Origin: Bacillota bacterium
GTDB lineage: Bacteria > Bacillota > Dethiobacteria > DTU022
Direction of reading: 5' to 3'
Assembly: GCA_012799185.1 (NCBI GenBank)
Contig: JAAZLS010000021.1
Coordinates: 14,242-78,241 of the forward strand
DNA: 64,000 nucleotides
Shown in pieces: positions 10,897 through 21,923 of the stretch. Numbering within the stretch: position 1 is the first letter of the stretch; each line of letters starts with the position of its first letter. The notes under the pieces are model-generated. The model ran no database searches and had not been told where the DNA came from. It saw nothing but the letters and a program-made list of their open reading frames with translations. The translations under genes and the position numbers were made by a program.

Positions 10897-11997
10897 CTAT
10901 TCCTCCATTTCAAAGATTGCCAGGTAAGCCCTGGCCACCGCCTCGGCCAGGTAAGGTACCGCCCCTAATGCTTCTTCCATGCTATTTTCATGCCCGCCTA
11001 TCTCTACCAGCGTAGAGTAGGGGTGTAGATCCTGGTTATACACAAATTCCTGCTGGCGCACCCCCCGGGATAACCCGGGGATTAAAGACTCCAGCTCCTG
11101 CTGTAGATGCAGCGTAAATTCCAGGTTCCTCTCGTATTCCTTATGCCCTGAGCCGATAACAAATAAAATCTTACCCACGGTTTCCCCCCCCAGCTCGGCG
11201 GTGGTAGAGGCCCGGGCTACCCCGTCCCGATGAATATCGAGCACCAGGCTAACCTGTCCCTGCTCCTTTAACAGGCTTTCAATAGCGGGCCTGGCTTTCT
11301 CATAAGCGTAACGGCGGGGCAAATCATAAACCTGCCGGTGGTGGATAACCGTAAAACCATATTGTTCCTCCAATATCCCGGCCAGCCGGCCTCCCAGGTG
11401 GCAAACTGTTAGATCCATATTCTCGGTATAGAGCACCCGGGAGGAGGGCAAGAAAGATTCAGTAATATGGGTGTGGTAAATTAAAATTACCGGCTTCTCT
11501 CCCCCCCGGCGGGTATTTTCCCAGTTTAAGGCCGGTGGTAAAGAAAGGTAGTGGGATTCATTTTCCTGTTGTTTCCCGGAAAACGAGGAGGGGGGAGGGG
11601 GAGAAAGAACAGGCAAGGAAACCAAGGAACCGGCCCCCAGCTCAAAATTTAAAACGGTGCATAGATCACGGGGATCGGTACCGGTTAAATAATAAAACAG
11701 ATCGAAAACAGCTCGGGAAACCATCTCTTTTTTTAATACCGGTGGGCTATTTAGTCCCAGGCCCGGCACCGCCTCCCCCAGTGCTCTCTGCATGATCGCT
11801 ACCCGGCGGCTACCGGGGTGCGGCTGAACAGGTTCTGCCGCCCCACAATCGGCGGTCGATAACCATTTCCAGCCGCTAAAAAAGAGTAAGAGGATCAAGA
11901 AGACCAACCTCGGCAAGTTTGCCGGTAATATCCGACCCTTTCTTTTAAAGCGCCGGGATCTTGGTTTGTACCAGGAAATCCTTCCGCTCAAATTCAA
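10897..11997 (-). CDS. spoIIP: stage II sporulation protein P (SpoIIP), cell-wall amidase/endopeptidase
   Basis: ILIYHTHITESF matches the conserved SpoIIP IYHTHTTESY signature. Has an N-terminal signal anchor. Confidence 0.8.
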   Translation of the reverse strand: MNLSGRISWYKPRSRRFKRKGRILPANLPRLVFLILLLFFSGWKWLSTADCGAAEPVQPHPGSRRVAIMQRALGEAVPGLGLNSPPVLKKEMVSRAVFDLFYYLTGTDPRDLCTVLNFELGAGSLVSLPVLSPPPPSSFSGKQQENESHYLSLPPALNWENTRRGGEKPVILIYHTHITESFLPSSRVLYTENMDLTVCHLGGRLAGILEEQYGFTVIHHRQVYDLPRRYAYEKARPAIESLLKEQGQVSLVLDIHRDGVARASTTAELGGETVGKILFVIGSGHKEYERNLEFTLHLQQELESLIPGLSRGVRQQEFVYNQDLHPYSTLVEIGGHENSMEEALGAVPYLAEAVARAYLAIFEMEE

Positions 11998-12182
11998 TCT
12001 CCGGGAGCATAGTAATAAATATTTATATCTATGCCCACCGGTTGGTATTTATGATTAGCCGCGAATACAAGCCTACCCTGGCCCAATTACCGAACACCAG
12101 CCCAAGTATGGTATAATTTATGGGAGTTTGCAAATATTTCCCCTGGTTGGCCTAAAACGAAAAAAAGGATCTGGATCTGTCT

Positions 12183-13367
12183 ATGAATGCCCGGTCCCAT
12201 GATCGACCCCTATTTACCGTAAATTTTTTCTTACTATTCGCCCTCGTCTATCTTTCTTACTTTTCAACGGATTTTCTTGTCCCGGTACTACCCCTTTACA
12301 CGGTAGAACTAGGGGGAAGCGAATTTTGCGTTGGACTGTTGGCGGGTCTCTTCTATACCTGCTCCATCATCTTCCGGCCGCTATTAGGGAAAAAAGCTGG
12401 TCAAACCGGGTTGCGTCCGCTACTTATCTTCGGTTCGGGACTATATTGTATCGCCGGCCTGGGTCTAATTTTTTTCCCTACCCTCCCCTCCCTTTACCTG
12501 TTTCGCTCCGCCCAGGGAATCGGCTGGGGGAGTTTTTTATTGGCTTTTAACACCCTGGCCATAAATATCGCCCCCCCTACCCGGAAGGGGGAATCGGTGG
12601 GGATACTGGGAATTGCCTTTATGGGTTCCCTAGCTACAGCCCCCTGGTTGGCAGAATTTCTCCAGCCCTACCTGGTCGATTACCGCCTATTTTTCGGGCT
12701 GACTGTTCTAACCTCCCTGGCTTCCCTCCTGCTATCCCTGGCTTTTACTGAACCTCCGACGGATAAGGCCGACTTGCCAGAGATTAACCGGTTAATGTTT
12801 TCCAAGAAAGCTATTCTCCCATCGATGGCAATTTTATTCCTATCGCTTCCCTTCGGAGCAACCTTAACCTTTCTCCCGTTAATGGGCCTCGAGCGCTCCT
12901 TCGCCTCCGTAGGGCCATTCTTTACGATCTTCTCTCTAGCAGCCATGATAACCCGGCCCCTGGCTGGGGTTCTATCAGATCGTTGGGGACGGTTAGTGAT
13001 TTTCTTGCCTGGGTTGGCGATCCAGTTTTTCTCTACCCTCCTAATCGCCCGGGCGATGGCGCCCGCCCTACTTTTGCTGGGGGGATTTCTATTTAGTACG
13101 GGTATAAGCCTGGCCTATACCTCCCTCATGGCCCTAACCTCTGACCTGATTCCACCGCAGGAGAGAACGGCCGGTATTGCTACCTTTACTATCGCCTACG
13201 ACCTGGGACTCACCTCCGGCTCTATTCTCTCCGGTCTGGTATTGCTCCGGCTAAATTTTACCGGGCTCTACTACCTATTCGCTATTACCTCCCTTCTTCC
13301 GTTAGCCCTACTGCCGGCACTTAAAAAAGCAATCGGGCAAAAACCGCCCCCCCCGGTAACATTTTAA
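12183..13367 (+). CDS. MFS transporter
   Basis: 394-aa product with about 12 TM segments. An extended -10 (TGgTATAAT) lies upstream at ~12101-12110. Confidence 0.75.
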   Translation: MNARSHDRPLFTVNFFLLFALVYLSYFSTDFLVPVLPLYTVELGGSEFCVGLLAGLFYTCSIIFRPLLGKKAGQTGLRPLLIFGSGLYCIAGLGLIFFPTLPSLYLFRSAQGIGWGSFLLAFNTLAINIAPPTRKGESVGILGIAFMGSLATAPWLAEFLQPYLVDYRLFFGLTVLTSLASLLLSLAFTEPPTDKADLPEINRLMFSKKAILPSMAILFLSLPFGATLTFLPLMGLERSFASVGPFFTIFSLAAMITRPLAGVLSDRWGRLVIFLPGLAIQFFSTLLIARAMAPALLLLGGFLFSTGISLAYTSLMALTSDLIPPQERTAGIATFTIAYDLGLTSGSILSGLVLLRLNFTGLYYLFAITSLLPLALLPALKKAIGQKPPPPVTF

Positions 13368-13385
13368 TATCGGGATATTTTTGAT

Positions 13386-15362
13386 ATGATCACCATATAT
13401 TCCGGGCACCGCCCATTGGGAATCTTTTACGAGGAGGATCTAAGGATGGCTTACAGTATGACCTACCAAATATTGGCTGATCACCTGCTCACCGGCAGGC
13501 TCGAACCGGGAGAAGAGATTGGCCTGCGTATCGATCAAACTTTAACCCAGGACGCTACCGGTACCATGGCTTACCTCCAGTTGGAGGCCTTGGGAATAGA
13601 ACGGGTTAAAACCGACCTATCGGTTAGCTATATTGATCATAATACACTGCAAGGAAGTTTTGAAAACGCTGACGACCACCGTTACCTTCAATCGGTCGCC
13701 GCCCGTTACGGTATCTATTTTTCCCGGCCGGGCAATGGCATCTGTCACCAGGTCCACCTGGAATGTTTCGGGGTCCCCGGCCAGACTTTACTGGGCTCGG
13801 ATAGCCATACTCCTACCGGGGGTGGCCTGGGCATGCTGGCCATGGGAGCCGGGGGACTGGACGTGGCAGTAGCCATGGCCGGCCACCCCTTTTACCTGGC
13901 CGCCCCGGAAGTTTTGAAGGTTAACCTGGTCGGGGAACTCCCACCTTGGGTCGGAGCCAAGGATATTATTTTAGAACTTTTACGTCGCCTGTCGGTAAAG
14001 GGAGGGGTAGGCAAGGTGCTGGAGTATGGCGGCCCGGGGATAAAAGAGCTCTCCGTACCCGAGCGGGCCACGATCACCAACATGGGGGCGGAGCTGGGGG
14101 CCACCTCCTCCCTCTTCCCCAGCGACGAAATTACCCGTAGTTTTCTAAAAGAACAGGGACGGGAAGAACAGTGGAGACCCCTCAGTCCGGAACCGGGGGC
14201 TGTTTACCATGAGGAGGTAACGGTCGATCTGTCCCGGTTAGAACCGCTGATAGCCTGTCCCCATAGTCCGGATCGGGTAAAGACTGTCGCCGCACTGGAA
14301 TCGCTCCCCGTAGATCAGGTAGCCATCGGCAGCTGTACCAACTCCTCCTACCAGGATCTGTTCCTGGTCTCAAAGATTTTAGAGGGCAAAACTATTCATC
14401 CTGGGGTAAACTTGGTTGTTTCACCGGGATCGCGACAGGTTTTGTGGCAACTGGCGGAGGCCGGTGTGCTAGCCGGGCTTATCGCCTCCGGGGCGCGACT
14501 CCTGGAGGCTGCCTGCGGTCCCTGTATCGGCATGGGACAGGCCCCTCCCTCCGGGGGGGTCTCGCTACGGACATTTAATCGCAACTTTGCCGGTAGGAGC
14601 GGCACCGCCGATGCCTCTATCTACCTCTGCGGACCGGCAACAGCGGCGGCAACCGCCCTGAAAGGGGTCCTTACCGATCCCCGAAAATTGGGCCCCCCTC
14701 CTGAACTGCCCCCCCCTCCCCAATTTATGGACAAGGACCGGATGCTAATTCCTCCGCTACCTGAAAATAAAGGAGAGATCCTCCGAGGTCCCAACATTAA
14801 ACCTTTACCGCTAAACGAACCCCTACCGGAAAATTTATCGATAGAGGTGCTCTTAAAGGCCGGTGATCACATCACCACCGATCAAATCCTTCCCGCCGGA
14901 GCAAAGGTGTTACCCTTAAGATCCAATATTCCGGCCATCGCCGAATATGTCTTTGCCGCCCTTGATCCCACCTTTGCAGAACGGGCCAAACAGAGCGATG
15001 GGGGAGCGGTAGTAGGGGGGGAAAACTACGGTCAGGGTTCCAGCCGGGAGCATGCCGCCCTGGCCCCCATGTTTTTGGGGGTGAAATCAGTTCTAGCCAA
15101 ATCCTTCGCTAGAATACACCGGGCTAACCTGGTTAATTTTGGAATATTGCCCCTGGTATTCGCCGACCCCCTGGACTATGATCGGCTCACCCAGGGAGAC
15201 CGGCTGGTGATTAAAAACCTTCCCAAGCAGCTAGAACAAGATACGGTAATAGTGACTAACCTCACCGCCGGGTGGCAGTTTGAAGTAAAGCACCAGCTTT
15301 CGAGACGCCTGATAGAGGTAGTAAAGGCCGGGGGGCTACTAAATTACAACAGGAACCATTAA
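13386..15362 (+). CDS. aconitase-family hydro-lyase (short-form aconitate hydratase, fused catalytic and swivel domains)
   Basis: 658-aa product with Fe-S cluster ligand regions (GSDSHT, CGPCIGMGQ, SCTNSSY) and a C-terminal swivel domain (GENYGQGSSREHAA). Confidence 0.8.
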   Translation: MITIYSGHRPLGIFYEEDLRMAYSMTYQILADHLLTGRLEPGEEIGLRIDQTLTQDATGTMAYLQLEALGIERVKTDLSVSYIDHNTLQGSFENADDHRYLQSVAARYGIYFSRPGNGICHQVHLECFGVPGQTLLGSDSHTPTGGGLGMLAMGAGGLDVAVAMAGHPFYLAAPEVLKVNLVGELPPWVGAKDIILELLRRLSVKGGVGKVLEYGGPGIKELSVPERATITNMGAELGATSSLFPSDEITRSFLKEQGREEQWRPLSPEPGAVYHEEVTVDLSRLEPLIACPHSPDRVKTVAALESLPVDQVAIGSCTNSSYQDLFLVSKILEGKTIHPGVNLVVSPGSRQVLWQLAEAGVLAGLIASGARLLEAACGPCIGMGQAPPSGGVSLRTFNRNFAGRSGTADASIYLCGPATAAATALKGVLTDPRKLGPPPELPPPPQFMDKDRMLIPPLPENKGEILRGPNIKPLPLNEPLPENLSIEVLLKAGDHITTDQILPAGAKVLPLRSNIPAIAEYVFAALDPTFAERAKQSDGGAVVGGENYGQGSSREHAALAPMFLGVKSVLAKSFARIHRANLVNFGILPLVFADPLDYDRLTQGDRLVIKNLPKQLEQDTVIVTNLTAGWQFEVKHQLSRRLIEVVKAGGLLNYNRNH

Positions 15363-15374
15363 TAGGCCGTATGA

Positions 15375-15746
15375 TCAATGGGCAATAGCGATGGCACAGG
15401 CAAAAGGGGGATCGTGGGTTAGCGAGATCTCTATCCTGCTAATCCCCCTTCGCCTGGCCTCCAGCGCCGCTCTCCCATGCAATTTAACCCGCGGCTGTCC
15501 CCCTGGAGAAGATAACACCTCCACCTCCCCCAACCCGGCCGGCCCGATCCCACAGCCGATAGCCTTTAAAACCGCCTCCTTGGCTGCAAACCGGGCCGCC
15601 ATGGCCGCTGCCGGGTACGACTTCTTAATAATAAACCCCCTCTCCCGGGTGGTAAATATTTTTCTTAGGAACCGACGGGGATGCCGGCGGTAAACCTGTT
15701 CAATGCGCCTAATCGATATTAAATCGACCCCTGTCCCTTTAATCAA
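15375..15746 (-). CDS. acpS: holo-[acyl-carrier-protein] synthase
   Basis: N-terminus MIKGTGVDLISIRRIE is the AcpS signature. Product is 123 aa. Confidence 0.85.
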   Translation of the reverse strand: MIKGTGVDLISIRRIEQVYRRHPRRFLRKIFTTRERGFIIKKSYPAAAMAARFAAKEAVLKAIGCGIGPAGLGEVEVLSSPGGQPRVKLHGRAALEARRRGISRIEISLTHDPPFACAIAIAH

Positions 15747-15919
15747 GGAGTTTCCCTCCTTCGGCTTAATAACAATATATTACACCATATGCCAAAAATT
15801 TTGTTTAATTTTTGGTTTTTTTTGACTTACAACGGTTTGTTCTTGCTTTTATAGCCTAAATATGCTAATGTTCGTTGTAATCACCCCCGTTTTTGGGGAT
15901 TTAGGAGGTTTGTTTTTTA

Positions 15920-16117
15920 ATGCAAGGTAGGGTCAAATGGTTTAACCCTCAAAAGGGGTACGGTTTTATCGAGATGGATGACGGGCAGGATGTATTTGTT
16001 CATTACTCCGAAATCCAGGACGAGGGCTTCAAAACCCTGGAAGAAGGTCAGGAAGTCGAATTCGACGTAGTCGAAGGAAACCGCGGACCTCAGGCCACCA
16101 ACGTGGTGAAGTTATAG
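15920..16117 (+). CDS. cspA: cold-shock protein (CspA family)
   Basis: [15 protein letters not shown]...DVFVHYS are the RNP1/RNP2 motifs. Product is 65 aa with a long structured 5' UTR. Confidence 0.95.
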   Translation: MQGRVKWFNPQKGYGFIEMDDGQDVFVHYSEIQDEGFKTLEEGQEVEFDVVEGNRGPQATNVVKL

Positions 16118-16160
16118 GCTTGGGAACCCCTTTAGCCATAGTTTCTCCGTTTTTGGTCAA

Positions 16161-16187
16161 AAAAGCCGGTTATGATAACCGGCTTTT
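16161..16187. terminator. bidirectional intrinsic terminator between convergent cspA and the YyaL-like gene
   Basis: Hairpin aaaagccggttatgataaccggctttt with A and T runs on either side. Confidence 0.7.
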
Positions 16188-18285
16188 ATAATTTACAGCT
16201 GTAGTTATTGCCCTCCAACACCGTTGTCAACCGGTCTAGATCCGTAATCGGCTCCCGGCAGGTAAAATTACTGCATAGATAAGCGATAGACTTATTATCC
16301 TCCGGAGGGGGCAGCCTCTTTATCATTGGCACCAGGCGCCCCAGCTCCCTCCCTGTATCACCGCCGGGGTGGAGAACCACCAGCCGGTGGGGGAGATAAT
16401 ACCTATTGATCCTTTGAATCATGGCCTTAGTCTGGCCCCCTTCCGGGGAACCGGTAATAATAATTTCTGTAGAAGGAGCGGTGGCAAAAAGCAGGGCCAT
16501 CATTAAAAATGTATGGGCAGAGGGGGCCCGGCTTATCTCTCTGCCGAAGGCAGAAAATATCTGGTCAGCTTTCTCCTTCAGCTGTTGGTCACCTGTTAAT
16601 TTAGCCAACCGCAACAGGTTATAACAGGCCACCGCATTTCCCGACGGTATAGCACCATCGTAGATCTCCTTATTACGAACGATCAACTCTTCGCCATCGG
16701 ATCCACTAAAGTATAGCCCTCCTCCTCGAGTATCCCAAAAAAGGGAGAGCAGCTGGCGAGTTAATTCTATCGCTTCGCGTAAACACCAGGGTTCAAATAT
16801 AGCCCCGTAAAGTTCCAATAGACCCCAACTTAAAAAAGCATAATCATCAACATAAGCCGGCTGATCGGCGACGCCCTCCCGGTAGACGGCCAGCAATCTC
16901 CCCCGGGCTGTCCGCAATTTTGATAATATAAAATGGGTGGCATCGGCCGCCATCCCGGCCAGCTTCTTATCCCCCAACACCTGAGAACCCCGGGCCAGGG
17001 CGGCGATCATCAATCCGTTCCAGGAGGTAAGGATCTTGTCGTCTTTACCGGGGTGAACCCTTTTCTCCCTCTCACGCCATAACCTCTCCCGATATTTTTT
17101 TAAGATCTCCCCCTTTTGCCCGGCCTCTCCCAGCTCCGCATTGAGACGGAGTATACTTTTACCCCTTAGATCCCCCCGGGAGGTAACTCCGTACGCCTGG
17201 CAAAAAACTTCCCCCTCCTCCGATCCTAATATTTCTTTGACCTGCCCGGGCGTCCACAGGTAAAATTCCCCTTCGCGGCCCTCCGAATCAGCATCTTCGG
17301 CGGTAAAAAAGGCTTTCTCGGGGGAGGTCATCTTCCTTTGTATATAGGTGAATATCTCTCTCCCAACCCGCCTATATTCCTCTTCACCCGTCGCCTGGTA
17401 GGCCTCCACATATAAAAAAGCCAGGAGGGCGTTATCATAAAGGGTCTTTTCAAAATGGGGAATAGCCCACCGGCGGTCGGTAGCATAACGATGAAAGCCA
17501 AACCCCAAGTGATCATAAAGGCCGCTTCTGGCCATTGAGTGAAGGGTCTTCTTAACAATTTCCAGAGCCCGACCCTCTCCGGATACTTTCCAATACCGCA
17601 ACAAAAACAGGAGATTATGGGGCAGGGGGAATTTCGTTGAAAACCCAAACCCACCGTACTTTTCATCAAAGCTCTCCTCCAGCTCACGGTAAGCCTCGTC
17701 CAGGATCCTCTCGTTTAATGGGCCTTCCCGTTCCCGGCCGGCATTTTGCAGATGGTATACTACCTCGGAGCCCCGGTTATTAATCTGCTCCCGTTGCTCC
17801 CCCCAGGCATTAACAACCTCCTTTAAGATGTCCATCAGACCCGGCCGGCCCCACCGCCCCGTTTTTGGGAAATAGGTACCGACAAAAAATGGTTTCTGAT
17901 CAGGGGTCATGATTACGGTTAAGGGCCAACCCCCCTGGCCGATTATCGCCTGGCAGGCCGCCATGTAGATTTGATCCACATCGGGCCGCTCCTCCCGGTC
18001 TACCTTTACTGCGATATAGTACCGGTTTAATAGCTCCGCCACCCCTTCATCTTCAAAAGATTCCCGGGCCATGACATGACACCAGTGACAGGTCGAATAA
18101 CCGATAGATAAAAAGATCGGTTTATCCTCCCTTTGGGCCCGGTCAAAGGCCTCATCACTCCAGGGATACCAGTCTATCGGATGATGGGCATGTTGCAAAA
18201 GATAGGGTGAGCTCGCCCTAATTAACCGGTTGGCATTTTTGGTCTTTATGCTTGGCATGACATCTTCCCCCTTCTGCGCATACAT
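16186..18285 (-). CDS. thioredoxin-domain protein, DUF255/YyaL family (N-terminal thioredoxin fold plus N-acylglucosamine-2-epimerase-like alpha/alpha toroid)
   Basis: 699-aa product with [13 protein letters not shown]...CHWCHVMA, the thioredoxin-like CxxC region of the YyaL family. The real start may be the internal MPSIKTKN. Confidence 0.8.
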   Translation of the reverse strand: MYAQKGEDVMPSIKTKNANRLIRASSPYLLQHAHHPIDWYPWSDEAFDRAQREDKPIFLSIGYSTCHWCHVMARESFEDEGVAELLNRYYIAVKVDREERPDVDQIYMAACQAIIGQGGWPLTVIMTPDQKPFFVGTYFPKTGRWGRPGLMDILKEVVNAWGEQREQINNRGSEVVYHLQNAGREREGPLNERILDEAYRELEESFDEKYGGFGFSTKFPLPHNLLFLLRYWKVSGEGRALEIVKKTLHSMARSGLYDHLGFGFHRYATDRRWAIPHFEKTLYDNALLAFLYVEAYQATGEEEYRRVGREIFTYIQRKMTSPEKAFFTAEDADSEGREGEFYLWTPGQVKEILGSEEGEVFCQAYGVTSRGDLRGKSILRLNAELGEAGQKGEILKKYRERLWREREKRVHPGKDDKILTSWNGLMIAALARGSQVLGDKKLAGMAADATHFILSKLRTARGRLLAVYREGVADQPAYVDDYAFLSWGLLELYGAIFEPWCLREAIELTRQLLSLFWDTRGGGLYFSGSDGEELIVRNKEIYDGAIPSGNAVACYNLLRLAKLTGDQQLKEKADQIFSAFGREISRAPSAHTFLMMALLFATAPSTEIIITGSPEGGQTKAMIQRINRYYLPHRLVVLHPGGDTGRELGRLVPMIKRLPPPEDNKSIAYLCSNFTCREPITDLDRLTTVLEGNNYSCKL

Positions 18286-18311
18286 TTACCCTTAGTATGC
18301 GCAGAAGGGGG
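18266..18311. repeat. 17-bp perfect inverted repeat (cccccttctgcgcatac / gtatgcgcagaaggggg) with a 12-nt spacer
   Basis: Read directly from the sequence. It spans the annotated start codon of the YyaL-like gene and has no following T-run. Confidence 0.6.
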
Positions 18312-18382
18312 AAAGAAGATAGACGGATGAAATAGGGATCCAACACAATTAACCGGTTTCCAGCCACCGGCTACCATTAACG

Positions 18383-18919
18383 CTACCACTGCTCCAAATG
18401 TATTCTTTCTGGGATAAACCGATTCGGCGCCTCTACTTTTTCCCCGGGGTAGCCGATGGCTACTATTGCCGCCGGCACAATATCGGGGGGTAGATTCAAT
18501 ATTTTTTCCACCTTTTCCACCAGGGATTTGCGGGGATAGACCCCACACCAACAGCTACCCAACCCCAAATGTTTTGCCTGCAATAACATATTTTGAATAG
18601 CCGCCGCAATACCCTGGATCCAAAACATCCCCTTATATTTTACGATACCGGTATCACAACAAGGGATTATAGCCAGCGGTGCCTCTTTAAGCATCCCGGC
18701 AAAGGGATGGCGCCGGGCTATTTCATCCAGCCGTTCCCTATCCCGCACTACCACAAAATGCCAGGGCTGCTCATTACCGGCGGAGGGGGCATACATGGCT
18801 GCCTTTAACAGTTGCTTAACTTGATCATCTGTCACCGGTTTCTTTTCGTATTTTCGGATGCTTCTCCTTGTAAAGATCTCCTTCATCGCTTCAACTCTCC
18901 TTTCCCGGATTCTAAACAA
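18383..18919 (-). CDS. nitroreductase-family flavoprotein
   Basis: RRSIRKY...AGNEQPWHF is the nitroreductase NfnB/BluB-like signature. Confidence 0.8.
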   Translation of the reverse strand: MFRIRERRVEAMKEIFTRRSIRKYEKKPVTDDQVKQLLKAAMYAPSAGNEQPWHFVVVRDRERLDEIARRHPFAGMLKEAPLAIIPCCDTGIVKYKGMFWIQGIAAAIQNMLLQAKHLGLGSCWCGVYPRKSLVEKVEKILNLPPDIVPAAIVAIGYPGEKVEAPNRFIPERIHLEQW

Positions 18920-19137
18920 CCGGATCCTTAAATTTATTTGGGCGGGGCAGGCGGTGAATTATATCCGCCGTACTGGCCCAACCAGTTTGTTACTCCCGGC
19001 CATATTATTTCCATATCCCCCTTTATTTCTCCTTTTATTTGAATTTAATTAAGATGACTCCCTTTACTACCGTTGATAGATAGTGTTTAATTAAAAGTAG
19101 GGCTACTGGATGCTATAAAAATAGGGCTGAATTTAAA

Positions 19138-20676
19138 TTGCCCGCCAGGAGAGGGAGGCTTTTTGTAATGGACCGCTACATTAGTACCCGGGGAGAGGCC
19201 GGACCAGTTTCGGCAGCAGAAGCGATATTAAAAGGGATCGCGCCCGATGGGGGACTCTTTGTTCCCTCTCATCTACCCCGGGTTGACTACATGCCACTTC
19301 TAAACCGTGAATACGGGGAACGGGCCGGAGCAATACTGCCTACCTTCCTAGGCAGGCCGGGCAAAGAACAGGAAGCACAAATCTGTTCATGGATAGATGC
19401 CGCCTACAGCCCCGCCCGTTTTGATAGCCGTGCCGTTGTTCCCTTGAAGAAGCTGGAGCGGGACCTATACCTATTAGAGCTATGGCACGGCCCCACCGGG
19501 GCATTTAAAGATATTGCCCTCCAACTGCTCCCCTACCTGCTTACCGGCGCGGTTAAGCAAGAAGAAAACCGGGGGACCGCCCCGACCATGGCCATACTGG
19601 TAGCCACCTCCGGGGATACGGGCAAGGCAGCCCTGGAGGGGTTTTGTAATGTCCCCGGAACCCGGATCATTGTTTTCTACCCGGAACAGGGGGTAAGTGA
19701 AATCCAGAAAAGACAAATGGTTACCCAACAGGGAACAAATGTGGCAGTAGTGGGAGTACGGGGTAATTTTGACGATGCCCAAACTGGGGTAAAAAAGATA
19801 TTTACCGACCAGTCTACCATCGAGGTGCTATCTCGCCGAGGGTACCGCTTCTCTTCGGCTAATTCCATCAACTGGGGACGCCTAGCACCACAAATTGTTT
19901 ACTATTTTTCGGCTTACCTGGATTTAATCCGGAGAGAAGAGATTAAAGAAGGAGAAAAAATTAATTTTGTCGTACCTACCGGGAATTTTGGCAATATACT
20001 GGCCGGTTTTTATGCCGGCCGGGCAGGACTACCGGTTAACCGCTTAATCTGCGCCTCTAACACCAACCACGTGCTTACCGACTTTATTCAAAGCGGAACC
20101 TACGATCGTAACCGGCCATTTTTGCGTACCATCTCGCCCTCGATGGATATCCTTATCTCCAGCAACCTGGAACGGCTACTGTTTGAAGTAAGCGGCCGGC
20201 AAAGCAACCGGGTCAAACAATGGATGGAGCAGCTGGCGGCCGAAGGCCGCTATCACGTCAACCGAACCACTTTTGAGCAGATTGCCGCCCTTTTCTGGTC
20301 CGGCTATAGTACCGAACAGGAAACCATGGAGGCCATCAGCCAAGTTTACCACCGCTACCGATATGTCATCGACCCCCATACCGCCGTAGCGGTAACCGTA
20401 CACCGGAAATATCGGCAGGCAACCGGGGATCCAACCAAAACTGTAATTTTATCTACCGCCAGCCCGTTCAAATTTAATGCTAGCGTAGCCCGGGCCCTCC
20501 TGGGCGAAAAGGCGGCCACGAATCGCTCCGAATTTGAACTGCTGGCCACCCTATCCGATCATACGGGTTGGAAGATTCCGGCCGGTTTAAGTGGACTAGA
20601 AGAAAAACCGGTACGCCATACAACAGTAATTGATAAAACAGAGATGAAGAAGACGGTGCTGAACTTGCTGCAGTAA
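19138..20676 (+). CDS. thrC: threonine synthase (long form); start probably at MDRYISTRGE
   Basis: Shows the PLP-lysine region FKD and long ThrC topology. Product is about 500 aa. Confidence 0.85.
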   Translation: MPARRGRLFVMDRYISTRGEAGPVSAAEAILKGIAPDGGLFVPSHLPRVDYMPLLNREYGERAGAILPTFLGRPGKEQEAQICSWIDAAYSPARFDSRAVVPLKKLERDLYLLELWHGPTGAFKDIALQLLPYLLTGAVKQEENRGTAPTMAILVATSGDTGKAALEGFCNVPGTRIIVFYPEQGVSEIQKRQMVTQQGTNVAVVGVRGNFDDAQTGVKKIFTDQSTIEVLSRRGYRFSSANSINWGRLAPQIVYYFSAYLDLIRREEIKEGEKINFVVPTGNFGNILAGFYAGRAGLPVNRLICASNTNHVLTDFIQSGTYDRNRPFLRTISPSMDILISSNLERLLFEVSGRQSNRVKQWMEQLAAEGRYHVNRTTFEQIAALFWSGYSTEQETMEAISQVYHRYRYVIDPHTAVAVTVHRKYRQATGDPTKTVILSTASPFKFNASVARALLGEKAATNRSEFELLATLSDHTGWKIPAGLSGLEEKPVRHTTVIDKTEMKKTVLNLLQ

Positions 20677-20706
20677 AGGGGCAGGCCAGCAAACAATATA
20701 AACCTC

Positions 20707-21783
20707 TTAAACATTAAACCGGAAATTGATAATATCACCATCCTCTACCGGGTAATCCTTACCCTCCAAGCGATATAGCCCCTTCTCCCGGGCCCCGGCT
20801 GCACTACCAGAACGATAAAGATCGTCAAAACTAACCGTTTCGGCCCGGATAAAACCTCGTTCCATATCGGTGTGCACCTTGCCGGCCGCCTTCCTGGCTA
20901 CCGTCCCCCGCCGGATAGGCCAGGCCCGCACCTCGTCTTCGCCAACGGTAAAGAAGGTAATTAACCCCAGGTGCCTGTAGGCAACCCGGGCCAGGCGGGA
21001 GATTCCCGGCTCCTCAATTCCCAGGTCAGCCAAGAACTCCGGCCGGTCTGCTGGAGGCAGCTCGGAAATTTCCGCTTCAATTAACGCGCAGGCTTCAATT
21101 ACCGGCCGATCCAGGCGGGAAGCGTATTCCAACACCGCCTCCCTTCCCGGGTAGCTCCCAGAGGAAAACTGGCCCTGATCCAGGTTCACAACAAAAAGCA
21201 ACGGTTTCTCACTTAGGAATTTCTGCCCGCCGATAGCCTCCCTTTCTGTTAAATCTAGTTGTAAACTGGCCACCGGTTGCTCATTTTCGAGGGCGTTTAA
21301 TATTTTTTTTAACACCGCCCTTTGAAGGGAGGCATCCTGGGGGGGCTTTCGGGCTTCCGATAACCGCCGCAGCCGATTTTCCACAACAGAAATATCAGCC
21401 AATAAAAGTTCCAGGGCCAGCTCATTGATCTCTAGAAGGGGATCCAGTTCACCGGCCACCGGTGAAACAAATTCATCGCGAAATGCGCGTACTACCTGCA
21501 CTAATACATCAGCACTCCGTACCTCTTCCCAAGTTCTTGCCGCCAGGGAGGCCCCCTGGTCGAACCGCACCCCGGGGATATCCTTAAATTGAATCTGGGC
21601 ATTCACCTTTTTGGCGGGTTGATAGCATTGAAACAGGTAATCGAGACGGGAATCGGGAACCTTTGCACTTCCCAGGTGTACCTCTCCCTTACCCCCCGGG
21701 CCGGTTTCCCGCTGTAGACCGGTCAATAGATTAAAAAAAGTAGTCTTGCCCGAATACGGCAAGCCAACCAGGCCAATTTGCAC
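20707..21783 (-). CDS. ychF: redox-regulated ATPase YchF (Obg-family GTPase)
   Basis: GLVGLPYSGKTTFFNLLT is the P-loop, with a TGS domain at the C-terminus. Confidence 0.9.
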   Translation of the reverse strand: MQIGLVGLPYSGKTTFFNLLTGLQRETGPGGKGEVHLGSAKVPDSRLDYLFQCYQPAKKVNAQIQFKDIPGVRFDQGASLAARTWEEVRSADVLVQVVRAFRDEFVSPVAGELDPLLEINELALELLLADISVVENRLRRLSEARKPPQDASLQRAVLKKILNALENEQPVASLQLDLTEREAIGGQKFLSEKPLLFVVNLDQGQFSSGSYPGREAVLEYASRLDRPVIEACALIEAEISELPPADRPEFLADLGIEEPGISRLARVAYRHLGLITFFTVGEDEVRAWPIRRGTVARKAAGKVHTDMERGFIRAETVSFDDLYRSGSAAGAREKGLYRLEGKDYPVEDGDIINFRFNV

Positions 21784-21844
21784 TGAAAATCATCTCCCAG
21801 TTAATTATCTCCCTTTTATTATAATGGAATTACTAGGGATTTGC

Positions 21845-21874
21845 ATAAAAAAAGGCCTCCCTATCAAGGAGGCC
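21845..21874 (-). terminator. intrinsic terminator downstream of the LysM gene
   Basis: Hairpin ggcctccc tatcaa ggaggcc, followed on the minus strand by a run of nine T. Confidence 0.7.
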
Positions 21875-21923
21875 ATCCCTAGCTGACTATTACCCTATTC
21901 CTTAGGATGCTGTAAACCTATAC

